Shown: piece after piece, positions 32,066 to 42,746 of the stretch | Layout: each line of letters begins with the position of its first letter | Position numbering within the stretch: position 1 is the first letter of the stretch | From: Calditrichia bacterium | Lineage (GTDB): Bacteria; Calditrichota; Calditrichia; JAJRVZ01 | Length of the DNA: 64,000 bases | Assembly (NCBI GenBank): GCA_963777955.1 | Contig: CAVZSQ010000013.1 | Span: 64,001-128,000, forward strand | Direction of reading: 5' to 3' | Program-made: the position numbers and the translations under genes | Notes under the pieces: generated by a model | The model's input: the letters and a program-made list of their open reading frames with translations, nothing else | What the model was told of the DNA's origin: nothing | Databases searched by the model: none

Positions 32066-33043
32066 ATGAAGTCCTTTATACGCTTTTTCATCATTAGTTC
32101 TTGTTTCCTTTCATGTAATATAATTACCGCGCCAGCCGGTTATGATAACTGGCATTTAAAATATGAAAATAGGGATGACCTTACTTATTATGCCATTCAT
32201 TTTACAGATGAAAATAACGGATGGATAGTCGGATATGCAGGTGCTATAAAAAAGACCTCTACGGGTGGAAGTACCTGGGTAGCTCAGCAAAGTAATGTTA
32301 CTGCCAATTTATGGGATATAAGTTTCATCGATCATGACATCGGCTGGATTTGTGGAGCTGATAATACTGTTCTGAAAACAATAAATTCAGGTAAAACCTG
32401 GAATAAAATATTAATACCGGGTAATTCCGATAAAGTTAATGTAGCGATACAATTCATTAATGAAAATATTGGCTGGTGTAGCACTAATAATGGAGAAATT
32501 TTAAAATCTGTGGATGGGGGAATAACCTGGCAAGTCGTCAGGCAAAACAATATCGGTGGAGCCAGACTGGTTGTCTTTGATGAAAATACTACCTATTTTT
32601 TGAGTGGTAAATTGTACAGGACATTTGATGGAAGTGTTACTTGGGATTCATCGAGTATCGCTATGCCTACAAAGTATCGTATTTCTAATATGTTTTTTAC
32701 TGATCCTCTTAATGGTTATTTTGTTACAGAGAATGGAACCGGAGGAACATTAATAAACGAATATCCGGTAATAATGACAAAAAATGGCGGAAGTGATTAC
32801 TACTCATCAGATTATTTAAATGACGATGGATTTAGATGTTTATATTTTGTTGACCAGAATAATGGCTGGATTGCTGGTAATAATATTTATAAAACTGTAA
32901 ATGGTGGAAAGAGCTGGCAACTGGATTATTATTTAATTACAGGTACATTGGGTGCAAAAGATTTATCTTTCATAAATAAGAATTGCGGCTGGCTGATCAA
33001 TTGGGATGGTCAAATTTATAAGTATGAAAGTGATTTCTATTAA
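32066..33043 (+). CDS. YCF48/BNR-repeat beta-propeller lipoprotein (cassette gene)
   Basis: AGGAGG RBS, lipobox FLSC, repeated F.D...GW and (S/T).(D/N)GG.(T/S)W Asp-box motifs. Confidence 0.88.
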   Translation: MKSFIRFFIISSCFLSCNIITAPAGYDNWHLKYENRDDLTYYAIHFTDENNGWIVGYAGAIKKTSTGGSTWVAQQSNVTANLWDISFIDHDIGWICGADNTVLKTINSGKTWNKILIPGNSDKVNVAIQFINENIGWCSTNNGEILKSVDGGITWQVVRQNNIGGARLVVFDENTTYFLSGKLYRTFDGSVTWDSSSIAMPTKYRISNMFFTDPLNGYFVTENGTGGTLINEYPVIMTKNGGSDYYSSDYLNDDGFRCLYFVDQNNGWIAGNNIYKTVNGGKSWQLDYYLITGTLGAKDLSFINKNCGWLINWDGQIYKYESDFY

Positions 33044-33049
33044 ACTCAT

Positions 33050-33158
33050 TCTAAACATGTGCTCAAGTAGACCGAAACCCCTGCAGTATGAATTCGTAGA
33101 TTTCTATAGTTGTTGATAATCTGAGGCAGTCCACTGAGCACTTGCTGTACTGTTCTGT
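33050..33158 (+). repeat. attC-like site 4 (different sequence family)
   Basis: tctaaac-atgtgctcaag ... ctgagcacttg ... gttctgt; inverted arms with one unpaired base, 6 nt after the stop codon. Confidence 0.45.
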
Positions 33159-33241
33159 AAAAAGTGGTATGCTTCCTATATGTATGAAGCAAGATTATCA
33201 TTGAGGGGGGAAATCTTCATGTAATATAGCGTAGCCCCATA

Positions 33242-33439
33242 TTACATAGTCCCTTTGCTCGAGTTATGGTTCTCAAATTCCTGCAAATCATTCATCTCGT
33301 TCAAGACGCGCATCTGTTGATCCGGTTTGCCCACAGGTCCCACAGGATCAAGATTGGACTGGTTGAACTCATGAAGAAACTTGTCCCTGATTCTTTTCTT
33401 CTTAAATTTTTCCAATATTTTTTTGGCTTTATCTGTCAT
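33242..33439 (-). CDS. Small hypothetical protein
   Basis: 65-aa ORF with ATG start; no recognisable motif. Confidence 0.4.
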   Translation of the reverse strand: MTDKAKKILEKFKKKRIRDKFLHEFNQSNLDPVGPVGKPDQQMRVLNEMNDLQEFENHNSSKGTM

Positions 33440-33639
33440 TATTTAATCTCTATTTAAAAAAAATAAAACATAAAAGATGCGACGGATCCTCGGACTCCCG
33501 CGGAGCGAGGAGTATATTTTATTCCCACAGAATCATTTTTCAATTTGACACTATCATTTTTGACAGATATTTGACGTTTTCATGACAAGGAAGGGAAAAT
33601 ACATTTATATATTTACCCTGAACCTCATAGGAGGATGAT

Positions 33640-34077
33640 ATGAAACATTTTTCAATTTTATTTTTTCCAATATTCTTCATTTTCCAAGGTTGTTTTGATG
33701 TTATGCCGACTGACTCGAATTGGTTGCATGGTAATGGGGACGGTAACACTAAACCTCCTGAATCTTATAATCAATCTTGGATTACTAAATTCCAAGTTAA
33801 TTATAATGAACAACCATGCTTGAATGCAACTATCACTGTGTATTATAGTGGTGGAGAAATTTATAGAACCTATCATGTTGATGATCAGGGCCAAGTCTGC
33901 TGTTGGTATTCGCAAGAAATGATTAAAAATTCTTACGTTCCTCCAAAGATGGATTTGCATTGTTTTATTCTTGCCGATCATGATAATCCTGATTCTAAAT
34001 CTCGTGATGATACTTTAACATTCATATTAGGTGATTATTGTCCTAACAACGTTGTCACAATTAATCTTGATGAATAA
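33640..34077 (+). CDS. Putative lipoprotein
   Basis: AGGAGG RBS, lipobox FQGC. Confidence 0.7.
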   Translation: MKHFSILFFPIFFIFQGCFDVMPTDSNWLHGNGDGNTKPPESYNQSWITKFQVNYNEQPCLNATITVYYSGGEIYRTYHVDDQGQVCCWYSQEMIKNSYVPPKMDLHCFILADHDNPDSKSRDDTLTFILGDYCPNNVVTINLDE

Positions 34078-34447
34078 ATAATAAAAGTATAATTCGCTTC
34101 ATCTGTCACCATAGCCACCGATCATCCGAGCCATTCCTGGAAATTTGTTTCATGAATCATATAATCCTGAAATCCGGTCTGTTTAATTATTATAAAAAGT
34201 AAAAAAGATGAAAAGCAGACCCCTCTCCAATTGCCCTATTGGCTGCCAGTGGCAGTGATTCTTGTATCTTTTCATTTATGCATCTTATCTTTTACATTTT
34301 TATTTTATTTTGTTTTTATAGCAAATAATTACTGCCAAATGGGCCATGATATAGGTATATCCTTGTTTTTACTGATCAGACAGCTGCCAATAACGTTTAA
34401 AAATATGGGTAATTGACTGGCAATTATTATTTTTGGGCATTTTTTTG

Positions 34448-34699
34448 TTACTTGTACCATTCTTTTAGATTATCCGTCATTTCATAGCAGGATTCTCGAT
34501 CATTTTTGACCATTTTCCGGGCCGGATTGGTTGGTTTTAGCCAATTTTTTTCTTTTAATTTCTTTATAATTCCATTTTTCGTGTATCCACGGCTAATTAA
34601 ATCACTGCAAATGAACGTTGAGGGGAAAAGCCCTTCTTCAAAGAACTTAACATATTTGTCAACATCAATATCAATCATTCTTTCAAGGAACTTTTCCAT
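34448..34699 (-). CDS. Hypothetical winged-helix-like protein or truncated replication-protein C-terminus
   Basis: Basic 83-aa ORF (SRGYTKNGIIKKLKEKNWL); function inferred only from context. Confidence 0.4.
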   Translation of the reverse strand: MEKFLERMIDIDVDKYVKFFEEGLFPSTFICSDLISRGYTKNGIIKKLKEKNWLKPTNPARKMVKNDRESCYEMTDNLKEWYK

Positions 34700-34855
34700 A
34701 ACTTAATATATCTTTCAGCAGCAACATAAACCAATATTCCGGAGAATTTCATTAGTAGATTAATCCTGCTAAAATATGTATATTTAAAGTGAAGCAAATA
34801 GTTTCTGATTAATCGCAAAAACCATAAATTTTCCGGAATACTCTGCGCAGCTGCT

Positions 34856-37120
34856 ATGCTTAAACGAGCCTTAAAAATGAAATATTTCCTGAAAGTTCTG
34901 ATCACAGGTACAACCGTCCTGATCACTACCCTGCTATCCGCCGGGACTGTCGAATTGAAAGGTAAAGTGCGTCATGCCAACACCTACCTGGCGATAGCTA
35001 ATGTCAGTATATATATCGCCGGGACTAAAACAGGCACCTCTTCAGCTGCTGACGGCACATTCACACTGATCATTCCCGATCCTTTACAATTACGAATGAT
35101 TGTATTTGAACATGTCGCTTTTGACACCCTGCGTTTATCAGTACAGGATGCCAGTACCCGTTCTAATATTTATCTCAGCCCCAGAATTATAGCCTTACCG
35201 GAGATCCTGGTACAGGCACAACGTGAACAACCGGAAATAGCCAGGGATATTCCGCAGCGATTGGCCATAGTCGAAGCCAAGTATTTCGAAATCCAGGGTT
35301 ATGTGGATGCCGGGGATCTGCTCAATACCCAGCAGAGCATTCAAATTAACGAAGATATCAGCGGAGAAAAAAACATCTCCATTCGGGCCGGAAATCCGGA
35401 AGACGTGATCGTTCTGTACAACGGTATTAAACTGAACGACCTCTATGACAATACCTATGATCTGGCACAGATGAATCTGGAGGATATTGGCCAGATCGAA
35501 ATTATCAAGGGCAGCAATACCGCCCTTTACGGGCCGGAAGCGTTCTCGGGAGTGATCAATTTTATCCCGAAGACTTTCCGTAATTATACCGTCAGGTTTA
35601 CCCAGCGCTTCGGAACCTATGATGCCGGAGACTGGAATCTGCAACTGAATCGTACATTCGCCAATAGATTAAATTTTTGCTATACGGTCAAGAAGGGGAA
35701 CCTGCGGCGTAAATACACCGACACTCCGGGCGATAGTGCGTATTTGCAAAACAAGATACTATATCATTCAGCAAATATATCTTATTATTTTTCGGAAAAT
35801 AAAGATAAAAACCGCTTAAACTCCGGTTATTTTTACTCCAGTTCGTCGTTTGATGATATCCGTTATGACAATAAACTGAACAGATTGAACCAGGTAATTT
35901 CTCTGCAGTATGACGGCGATATCGGCTTCATATCGAATTTAAACCTGGCTGGTTCGTATCAGACGTTTGATAAGGATGAAAGATTATCCTCCCGAAACGG
36001 AGCATTAAACCGTTCTTTTCAAAACCGTAAAATTGACCTGCACCTGGAAAAGAGACTAAATATACGTACAATAGAAATGCTGTTTGCTTATCAATATGAA
36101 AAGACCGAATTAAAATATAAAGAGCTGGCCGATTCAGCTGTAAATCTGGCTGCGGATCTGCGATCGACAAGTTATAATTCAATCAGACAGGGCCTGGTCT
36201 CCATAATAAAGATCCACACCCCTACCGGCTCCGATGTTCTGCATACCGCAGATTTTGATCTGAGTTTAAGATATGACCGGGTAAATAACCGGCCTGATGA
36301 TGACGTCACTTTCATGATCGATGGTAACAGTACAAATCTGGGGGAAACAAAGTGGACTGAACCTACCGTAAAGTTTTCTGCCTTCCTGTCGGGAAATCAA
36401 CGTTTCTATAAAATCAGCACATTTCTGAATTTTGGCACGAATATTAAATTCCCTACCCTCTTCCAGCAACTGAGCACTCCACGGGTGATCGATCCCGATT
36501 TACCCGGTGCCCTGGCTGTTTTAAAACCGGAAAAAAACCGCAGTCTCGAGATAGGATTTGATTTGACCCGGGAATTAGCGGCCACATCCACTCTGGAGGG
36601 TTGGCAAATAACGGGCAGTTTCTTTACTAATTATTACGAGAACAAATTCAGGACCTATTATATACCGGGCATCTCCACAGCATTTTTTGACAATGTGTCA
36701 AATGCCGATATATCCGGATTTGAAGGGCAGTTGAATACCTTTTTTATCCATAGAAAATTAAAACTGGAACTGGGGGCAAGCAATTATAAGGTTTCAGATA
36801 AAACCGCTTTTCCTTTTAAATCCGATACCAAGTTTTTTACAAATATTATGATCGATCACCGCGGTTATTCTCTGCAGTTCTACTGGTTTAATCAGAGCGA
36901 GCAAAGCGGCTGGATCAGGGACCGCGATGGTAAATTAAGTGAATTATCACTTCCAGCCGAGCAGAACATAGATATTCACCTTGGAAAAATATTCGAAATC
37001 TACAAATTCAAACTTTTTACCAGCCTGTCGATCCGGAACCTGTTGAATGATCCCACACAATTAACAGGTATTGCCATTCGCGACCGGCGGTATTATCTTT
37101 CCTTTGGTCTGGAATACTGA
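34856..37120 (+). CDS. TonB-dependent outer membrane receptor
   Basis: N-terminal CarboxypepD-like domain, plug (SIRAG, IEIIKGSNTALYG..AFSGVIN), LKPEK, C-terminal YLSFGLEY. Confidence 0.9.
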   Translation: MLKRALKMKYFLKVLITGTTVLITTLLSAGTVELKGKVRHANTYLAIANVSIYIAGTKTGTSSAADGTFTLIIPDPLQLRMIVFEHVAFDTLRLSVQDASTRSNIYLSPRIIALPEILVQAQREQPEIARDIPQRLAIVEAKYFEIQGYVDAGDLLNTQQSIQINEDISGEKNISIRAGNPEDVIVLYNGIKLNDLYDNTYDLAQMNLEDIGQIEIIKGSNTALYGPEAFSGVINFIPKTFRNYTVRFTQRFGTYDAGDWNLQLNRTFANRLNFCYTVKKGNLRRKYTDTPGDSAYLQNKILYHSANISYYFSENKDKNRLNSGYFYSSSSFDDIRYDNKLNRLNQVISLQYDGDIGFISNLNLAGSYQTFDKDERLSSRNGALNRSFQNRKIDLHLEKRLNIRTIEMLFAYQYEKTELKYKELADSAVNLAADLRSTSYNSIRQGLVSIIKIHTPTGSDVLHTADFDLSLRYDRVNNRPDDDVTFMIDGNSTNLGETKWTEPTVKFSAFLSGNQRFYKISTFLNFGTNIKFPTLFQQLSTPRVIDPDLPGALAVLKPEKNRSLEIGFDLTRELAATSTLEGWQITGSFFTNYYENKFRTYYIPGISTAFFDNVSNADISGFEGQLNTFFIHRKLKLELGASNYKVSDKTAFPFKSDTKFFTNIMIDHRGYSLQFYWFNQSEQSGWIRDRDGKLSELSLPAEQNIDIHLGKIFEIYKFKLFTSLSIRNLLNDPTQLTGIAIRDRRYYLSFGLEY

Positions 37121-37128
37121 AAATCTGA

Positions 37129-38014
37129 ATGTATCAGGATCATATGCAAATTATAAGATCGTACCCGAAGCTGTATACCATTCTGGTTGTAACCGTCACT
37201 TTGACACTATTTAATCAGTGTACTGAAAATCCGTTTGACCGGAAAGATAATAGCGATATTCTTGATCACCATGTATTGCAGGGTACTTTATCTTTAAGTG
37301 ATACGGCAAGTAAAAATGACATTTTCATCTGGCTGGCCGGGGTTGGAATTTCGACATTCAGTGACAGCCATGGTTCATTCCGATTGCAATTGCCCAATAC
37401 CAGCGAGGTACAGGGTTTGAACGGTCTATTCAGTCTCTATTACTATCTGGGCAATTACGGGATTGAAAGTTCGCAGGTCATGATTCGCGACGGTTTATTT
37501 GAATACGGTAAAAACGATATCAATGATCAGGGCAAAATTATTAATGCCCCCGTACTGATAAAACTTCTGGATATCCGCACCTCTGTTTCGCCTGTAGAAA
37601 TTGCTTTCAATGAATCAATTAAATTAGTCGTTACAGTGGAATTAAAAGCCTTGCTGGAACCCGTTTTAGCGGGTACTCTTAAAGATAGGGAAGGTGATCT
37701 AACCAGTATGATTTTTCATTAAAAAAAATGCTGATATACTGGAATCAAAATTGCATGGAGATCCTTATAGTGCAGGAGCGAAAGAAGTCATCAGTGCTGG
37801 CCGGGAATTAATCTGGGAGGGTTAATTTTTTATTCCGGCAAATTATTTTGAACCTGGTGAGTACGAGGTAGTACCCTATATTCAGATAATCCAGCAGAAT
37901 ATACCGGAAGAGTTGTTATTGAGTTTTGGGGAGCAGGTGCATGAGTTATCCTACGATTACCTGAAAATACCTTTCAAGCAATCAACCGCTGTTTTACAGG
38001 TAAACTCTAATTAA
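37129..38014 (+). CDS. Putative lipoprotein associated with the TonB receptor (frameshifted)
   Basis: Hydrophobic leader ending FNQC-TENPF; coding-like sequence continues past 37722 in other frames to TAA at 38014. Confidence 0.55.
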
Positions 38015-38053
38015 AAAAAAGACCTGCAGTTAAAATAACTGCAGGTCCTTTTT
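38013..38053. terminator. Bidirectional intrinsic terminator
   Basis: A-tract, gacctgcagtta-aaa-taactgcaggtc stem-loop, T-tract, between convergent genes. Confidence 0.85.
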
Positions 38054-38074
38054 GTTAAGAAATGTGGTTAATTA

Positions 38075-39119
38075 CTAAAATCCAATAGTCAAACTGAAGA
38101 CGTTATTCGCATCAAAATATTGTTGATTGCGAAAAGCGTAATCCAGGGTCAGATCCAAACCGCCGACATTATAACTAATTCCTGCGCCGAGAGCAAAAGT
38201 ATTTAATTGATCTTCCGCGTCCACATTTTGGGTATAATTATAACCGCCTCGTACAAATACGAATTCTTTATAATTATACTCCAAGTCCGAATTTCATTAT
38301 ATCATTCTCGAAATTATTGCTCTGGAACACTCCGCTGACAACCAGGTTATTATCTTCGGCGACAGCTGTTTTGTAAGCGGCTCCCAATTCAATGGAAGTT
38401 GGCAGTTGGTTAGACGCTGCTGTTCTTCTCAGTACATCGTCACGGCCAATACCGACTTCGTGACAGTCGGTACCAAATGCGGTTCCTTCATATCGCAGAT
38501 TAGTACCGATATTCTTGATCGCTACGCCAAAGCAAACACCTTCGATACCGCCCAGACGATCATATTGTATAGCCGATATCAAAAGCAAAGGCGGAAGCAG
38601 AGGCACGAGGAATACTTTCGTTGATTATTTTTGCCGTCAAGTCCAAGATTCACCGACTCGGTAAGATTCTTGGCATAGGTCAAACCAATCGTTACGAAAG
38701 TCGGTGAGAAGGTCCTGCCGGATTCACCATCCATGTCTTCGTTGGTGGTCCAGGGTATATCACCGAAACTGAACGATTTTAAACTGAATCCGAGCGAACC
38801 TAACGATTCCGATTTATAAGCAGCAGCCAGATAGTTCACATGAATATCATTAAAAATAGTTATCGTCGAGAATTGTGCAGCCTGCTACATTTTTCATACG
38901 CGGTAGACCTGCCGGATTCCAGTAAATCGCATCCAGTCCGGAGGTGAGGGCCAGATTGGCACCAGCCATGGCGATATCTCTTGCCGAAACAGGTACCAGT
39001 GTTTGCACACCAGCAGCCTGACCGATTCGGGCCGGATCTCCGCCATAGGTTGGAGTCGCAATAAATCCCACTATCAGAGCGAGCATGACCAGCCCGCCAA
39101 ATATTTTCTTTACTATCAT
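38075..39119 (-). CDS. PorV/PorQ-like (FadL-type) outer membrane beta-barrel, fragmented
   Basis: PVSARDIAMAGA, AIYWNPAGL, FGVAIKNIG, LDYAF, terminal LTIGF; four ORF fragments. Confidence 0.8.
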
Positions 39120-39165
39120 TCTTGTCTCCCTATTTTTACTTTTATAATTCCCATTGGCTGAAGGT

Positions 39166-42100
39166 CTAGTAGAACCTTCAGTTGTTCTTGTTGTTGAAGA
39201 ATCATCACCTTCAATACTTTCTCTTTGCCGAGATCCTTCATTTCAATATAGGCAATGTATATTCCGCTGGCCACGGGAATATCACGCTCATTGCGTAAAT
39301 TCCATCTCAGAAATTGAGTAGGATCATTCTTCTCCAATTTTCTAACCTGAACTCCGGCCAGATTAAAGATACGGACAGTTGCCTTGGGAGGTAAATGATT
39401 GAAAGTAACGAAAGGTGGTAAAGCGGTCTGGTTCCGAAGGATTGTAGGCATAGTACGGATTCGGGAAAACATTGATCTTTGCGACATCGGCAGCAGCCGC
39501 GGTTGCACTCTGTGTAACCGCCGGGGCCGTAAAGGAAAATACATCGCTGGCCGAATTTGGTTTGGCGGAGGTTATCCGGAAAACGGTTCCCTGACTCCGG
39601 CATAACCGCATCCATATTGGCCGGGAAGTTTGCAGCAGAGACACTACCGCCATTCCAGTTAACCAGCACCATACGACGCAGAACGTCGGTTCCGGCTGTC
39701 GTTGGACCTAAATATTCATGACCAGCGGTGTTATTGACCGCATCATCCCTGATCACATTGTAACCGGCCTCACCGGGAGTAATATCGGCGGGCTTGACCC
39801 AATAGAACCAGTCGGTTTCCGGATCGTTATCACCGCCGGAAAGCGTATGATCGATTCCAGACAGATCAAATGCAGCATTCACATTGTTGTCGATCAGGTA
39901 CGGGAATAGACGATAGTCATCACTTGGATCATCCGGTGTAGCAACACCGATGTTCCAGAGTTCAAACGGTACCTGTATCAGCACATTGGCAGCTCCGTTA
40001 AAGGCACTTGGCTCCAGACCCCAGTTGTCGGTATCGTCGTTAAAGCGGATCTCAAAGTCATAGGGGCTGATCTCCGACCAGCGGGCGCCACCCTGGGTGG
40101 TACGGGTGATAAACCATTCGAAGCTAGCATCACCTGTTTCACCGGTATGGATACCCCAGCCACTTCCGTTGGTTTGTTGCCTGGTTTTGTCAGGACGGTC
40201 AGTATCCATCCAGAACGGAAAACCGTTGCTGTTAAATGCAAAGCAACCGATTTCCGGCGGATCAAGAACGCCGGCGGCATTCTGGGTGACCTGGAATGAT
40301 GTAAAAGTCAGTTCCGGACCGGTCACCTTTACCTGCAGACCGTCAAAGATCGGTTGTGTATCGGTTTCATCCAACGTTGCCACGCTGAATCTGGTTGGCA
40401 TACTTTTACCACACCGGTTTGCACATCCTTCACATTCCACAATAAATCGCCATAGGTAGCGGAATTAGTATCGGTATCCTCAGTAAAGAAGATCTCATAC
40501 TCGATGACCGGTAGTAGCAGCCGGATCGATAACCGTGACCAGTACCTGGCCTTCGCCGGCACCGGTGGTGTGCCCGGGCTCGATCTCCTGGCCGGCTTCA
40601 CCTTCGTACCTTACTCCGGGTACCGTGGTTTGTGGAATCACGGAAATCGCACCCAATCCTGATTCCAGAGTTCTTTCCGGAACATCGGGATCGGGATTGT
40701 AATTATATCCTGTAACCGCGAAGTAATAGGTATTTCCGTTAAACAGAGGTTTATCATTGATATAATCTTTTTCCAGATTCAAATATCTCTTGATACCGTT
40801 GTCCGTGCCTTTCTGAATCGGGACTTCAACAATATCACCAAAAGTGGCAACAAATTTTTTACCGCGGATGGTACGTACCAGGTTCACGTCATCGAAGGTG
40901 GCCACCAGTTTCGCCTGTGATTTGGCGGCTGTTGCCGTCGGCAACTGATAGACATTGTAACCTTCAAAATTGAATCCTAAAATCGGATCCGGAGCTTCGG
41001 TCGCAGCGACTGCTGCTGCATCGCTGCCCCAGTCGAGTACAACCATACCATCCAATTCCGTGACTTTTACCCTGGGCGCCTGCGGTGCTTTGGGTAAAGC
41101 CTGGAACAGATTATCATAGACGAATTGGGCAAAATCGTCATTTATCTTCATCTGCTCGACGGCGTTTACATTATTACCGCCAAGCTTCAGAAACGATACC
41201 GCCGACTACGGCCACTACTACTTCCTGGGTATCACCGTTGGCCATAAAGAACGGACCGGAACAAAGACCGATACGACGGTCACCCGCCTGAAAAGTTCTT
41301 CATGGTGGCATCGACATCACCGGTTCCTACTAAACGGATCACCGCTTAAGGGATACTTGGTGCGTATCACCGCCGGCCGATTATTACCAGATTTCCATAA
41401 CGATAGGGCGTAGGATTACTCAGATCTTGGGTAGGTATATAACCATTGAGCATATTATACCATTGCATAGGTGCCATCGTAATCAGCCAGGGGCGGATCG
41501 CTGATTGGACTTCCGGCGGAGAAGTAAAAGAAAGAGGTCATGGGCAGGTTAATTTTACCCGGACCTACCTTCTTTAAATTCCATATACCGTAATCTACAG
41601 CATCATCCACACCATTCAGGTTGAGATCCTGTCCGTCAACACCATTAACCAGGGGACCCTGGAAGAAGTCATAACCCATGGCTGCAGGCGGCAAACCAAA
41701 ATCTGTATAATAATCATCGGTAAGATAGCCGCTGTAGGCGTAACCAAGGCTCCTGTTGATATCGCACCCGGCCAGATCGTCGGTATATATACCGATATCG
41801 GGATCCGACCATTGCGAAACGAACATGGAATCGACATCAAAACCTGATTTATTGATCAAAGTATACTTTTTAAAGATCAGCTGGCCCAGTGTAGCGCCAG
41901 GTTGATTATAACTCCACATGGTAATCTGTAGTTCCAGACCGATCGGCGTCGAACCATAGAGACCTTCGCAGGCCGCCACATTCAGATCGTTGGTGGCTAG
42001 CCAGACCACCTGATCAGCATTGGCAAAACCGGGTGTATCTATTGGAACACCATCCCATATACCATTCCCATTATCATAATATAGGTGCGCCTACATCGCC

Positions 42101-42694
42101 CGGCCAGTTATTCCAGGCATGTGCATAATCATCGAGTACCGCCTGGGCCATCAGCATCGGTTACTTCATTCATATCGATTTCCAGAAGTTCTGCAGCATC
42201 CTGTCTTACCGTGGCATCATCTATAGTCAAGTTTTGCCAATCCTTACGAATCCGGTAGATCATGACTCTGGGATCATCGTTGTCGACAGCAACTGGCGGA
42301 TTAACACCATCGCCGGGAGTGACGATCCAACCGCCGACAGTTCCGACATTATACGTCACACCGCCGACAGCAGGATTATTGACCCTGCCGTCACTGACAT
42401 AACCACCCCAGACCAGACCATCGGTAAAAATAGCAGTGGTCGTTCCCCGCGGGTAAAAACCGCCGGAATTGTCACTGGGGGTGTGAGCCGATCTGCCATC
42501 CCAATCAACCCAGTAAGCCCAGTTGCAGAGATTGGACAGGGTGCGGAAAATTTTTCCCTGCTCAGGTTTTTGCAAGTCTGTTTGACTTTACTGACCTGAC
42601 CGGGGTGTTCTTTGGCAAAAACTCCTGCGCTGAAGATCAGCATTAATATCCCGGCCAGAAGTACGACAGGGATTATTTTTAATTTATTTTGCAT
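39166..42694 (-). CDS. Large secreted protein with T9SS-type C-terminal domain, fragmented
   Basis: Signal peptide; YPRGT..AIFTDGLVWGG, WSDPDIG, FnIII-like FEGYNVYQ and YYFAVT; tail INVFPNPYY...IFNLAG...WNLRNE...VASGIY. Confidence 0.75.
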
Positions 42695-42746
42695 ATCTTC
42701 TCCTTAAACTCGTTTGTGATATAATTTCGTACTTACAGCTAGGCTA

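Larger units (their letters stand above)
25144..34800. mobile_element. AT-rich composite genomic island remnant next to tRNA-Gly (no integrase in window)
   Basis: Visibly AT-richer than flanks, small orphan ORFs, excisionase-like HTH, attC-like array; right boundary approximate. Confidence 0.65.

Noticed and set aside
33488..33510. GC hairpin cctcg-ga-ctcc-cgc-ggag-cgagg as an ncRNA
   Set aside because: Single short stem with no second copy or recognisable family.
34836..34849. Displaced tRNA-Gly 5' fragment (gaatactctgcgca; also actcccgc near 33494)
   Set aside because: Matches are too short or gapped to distinguish from chance.
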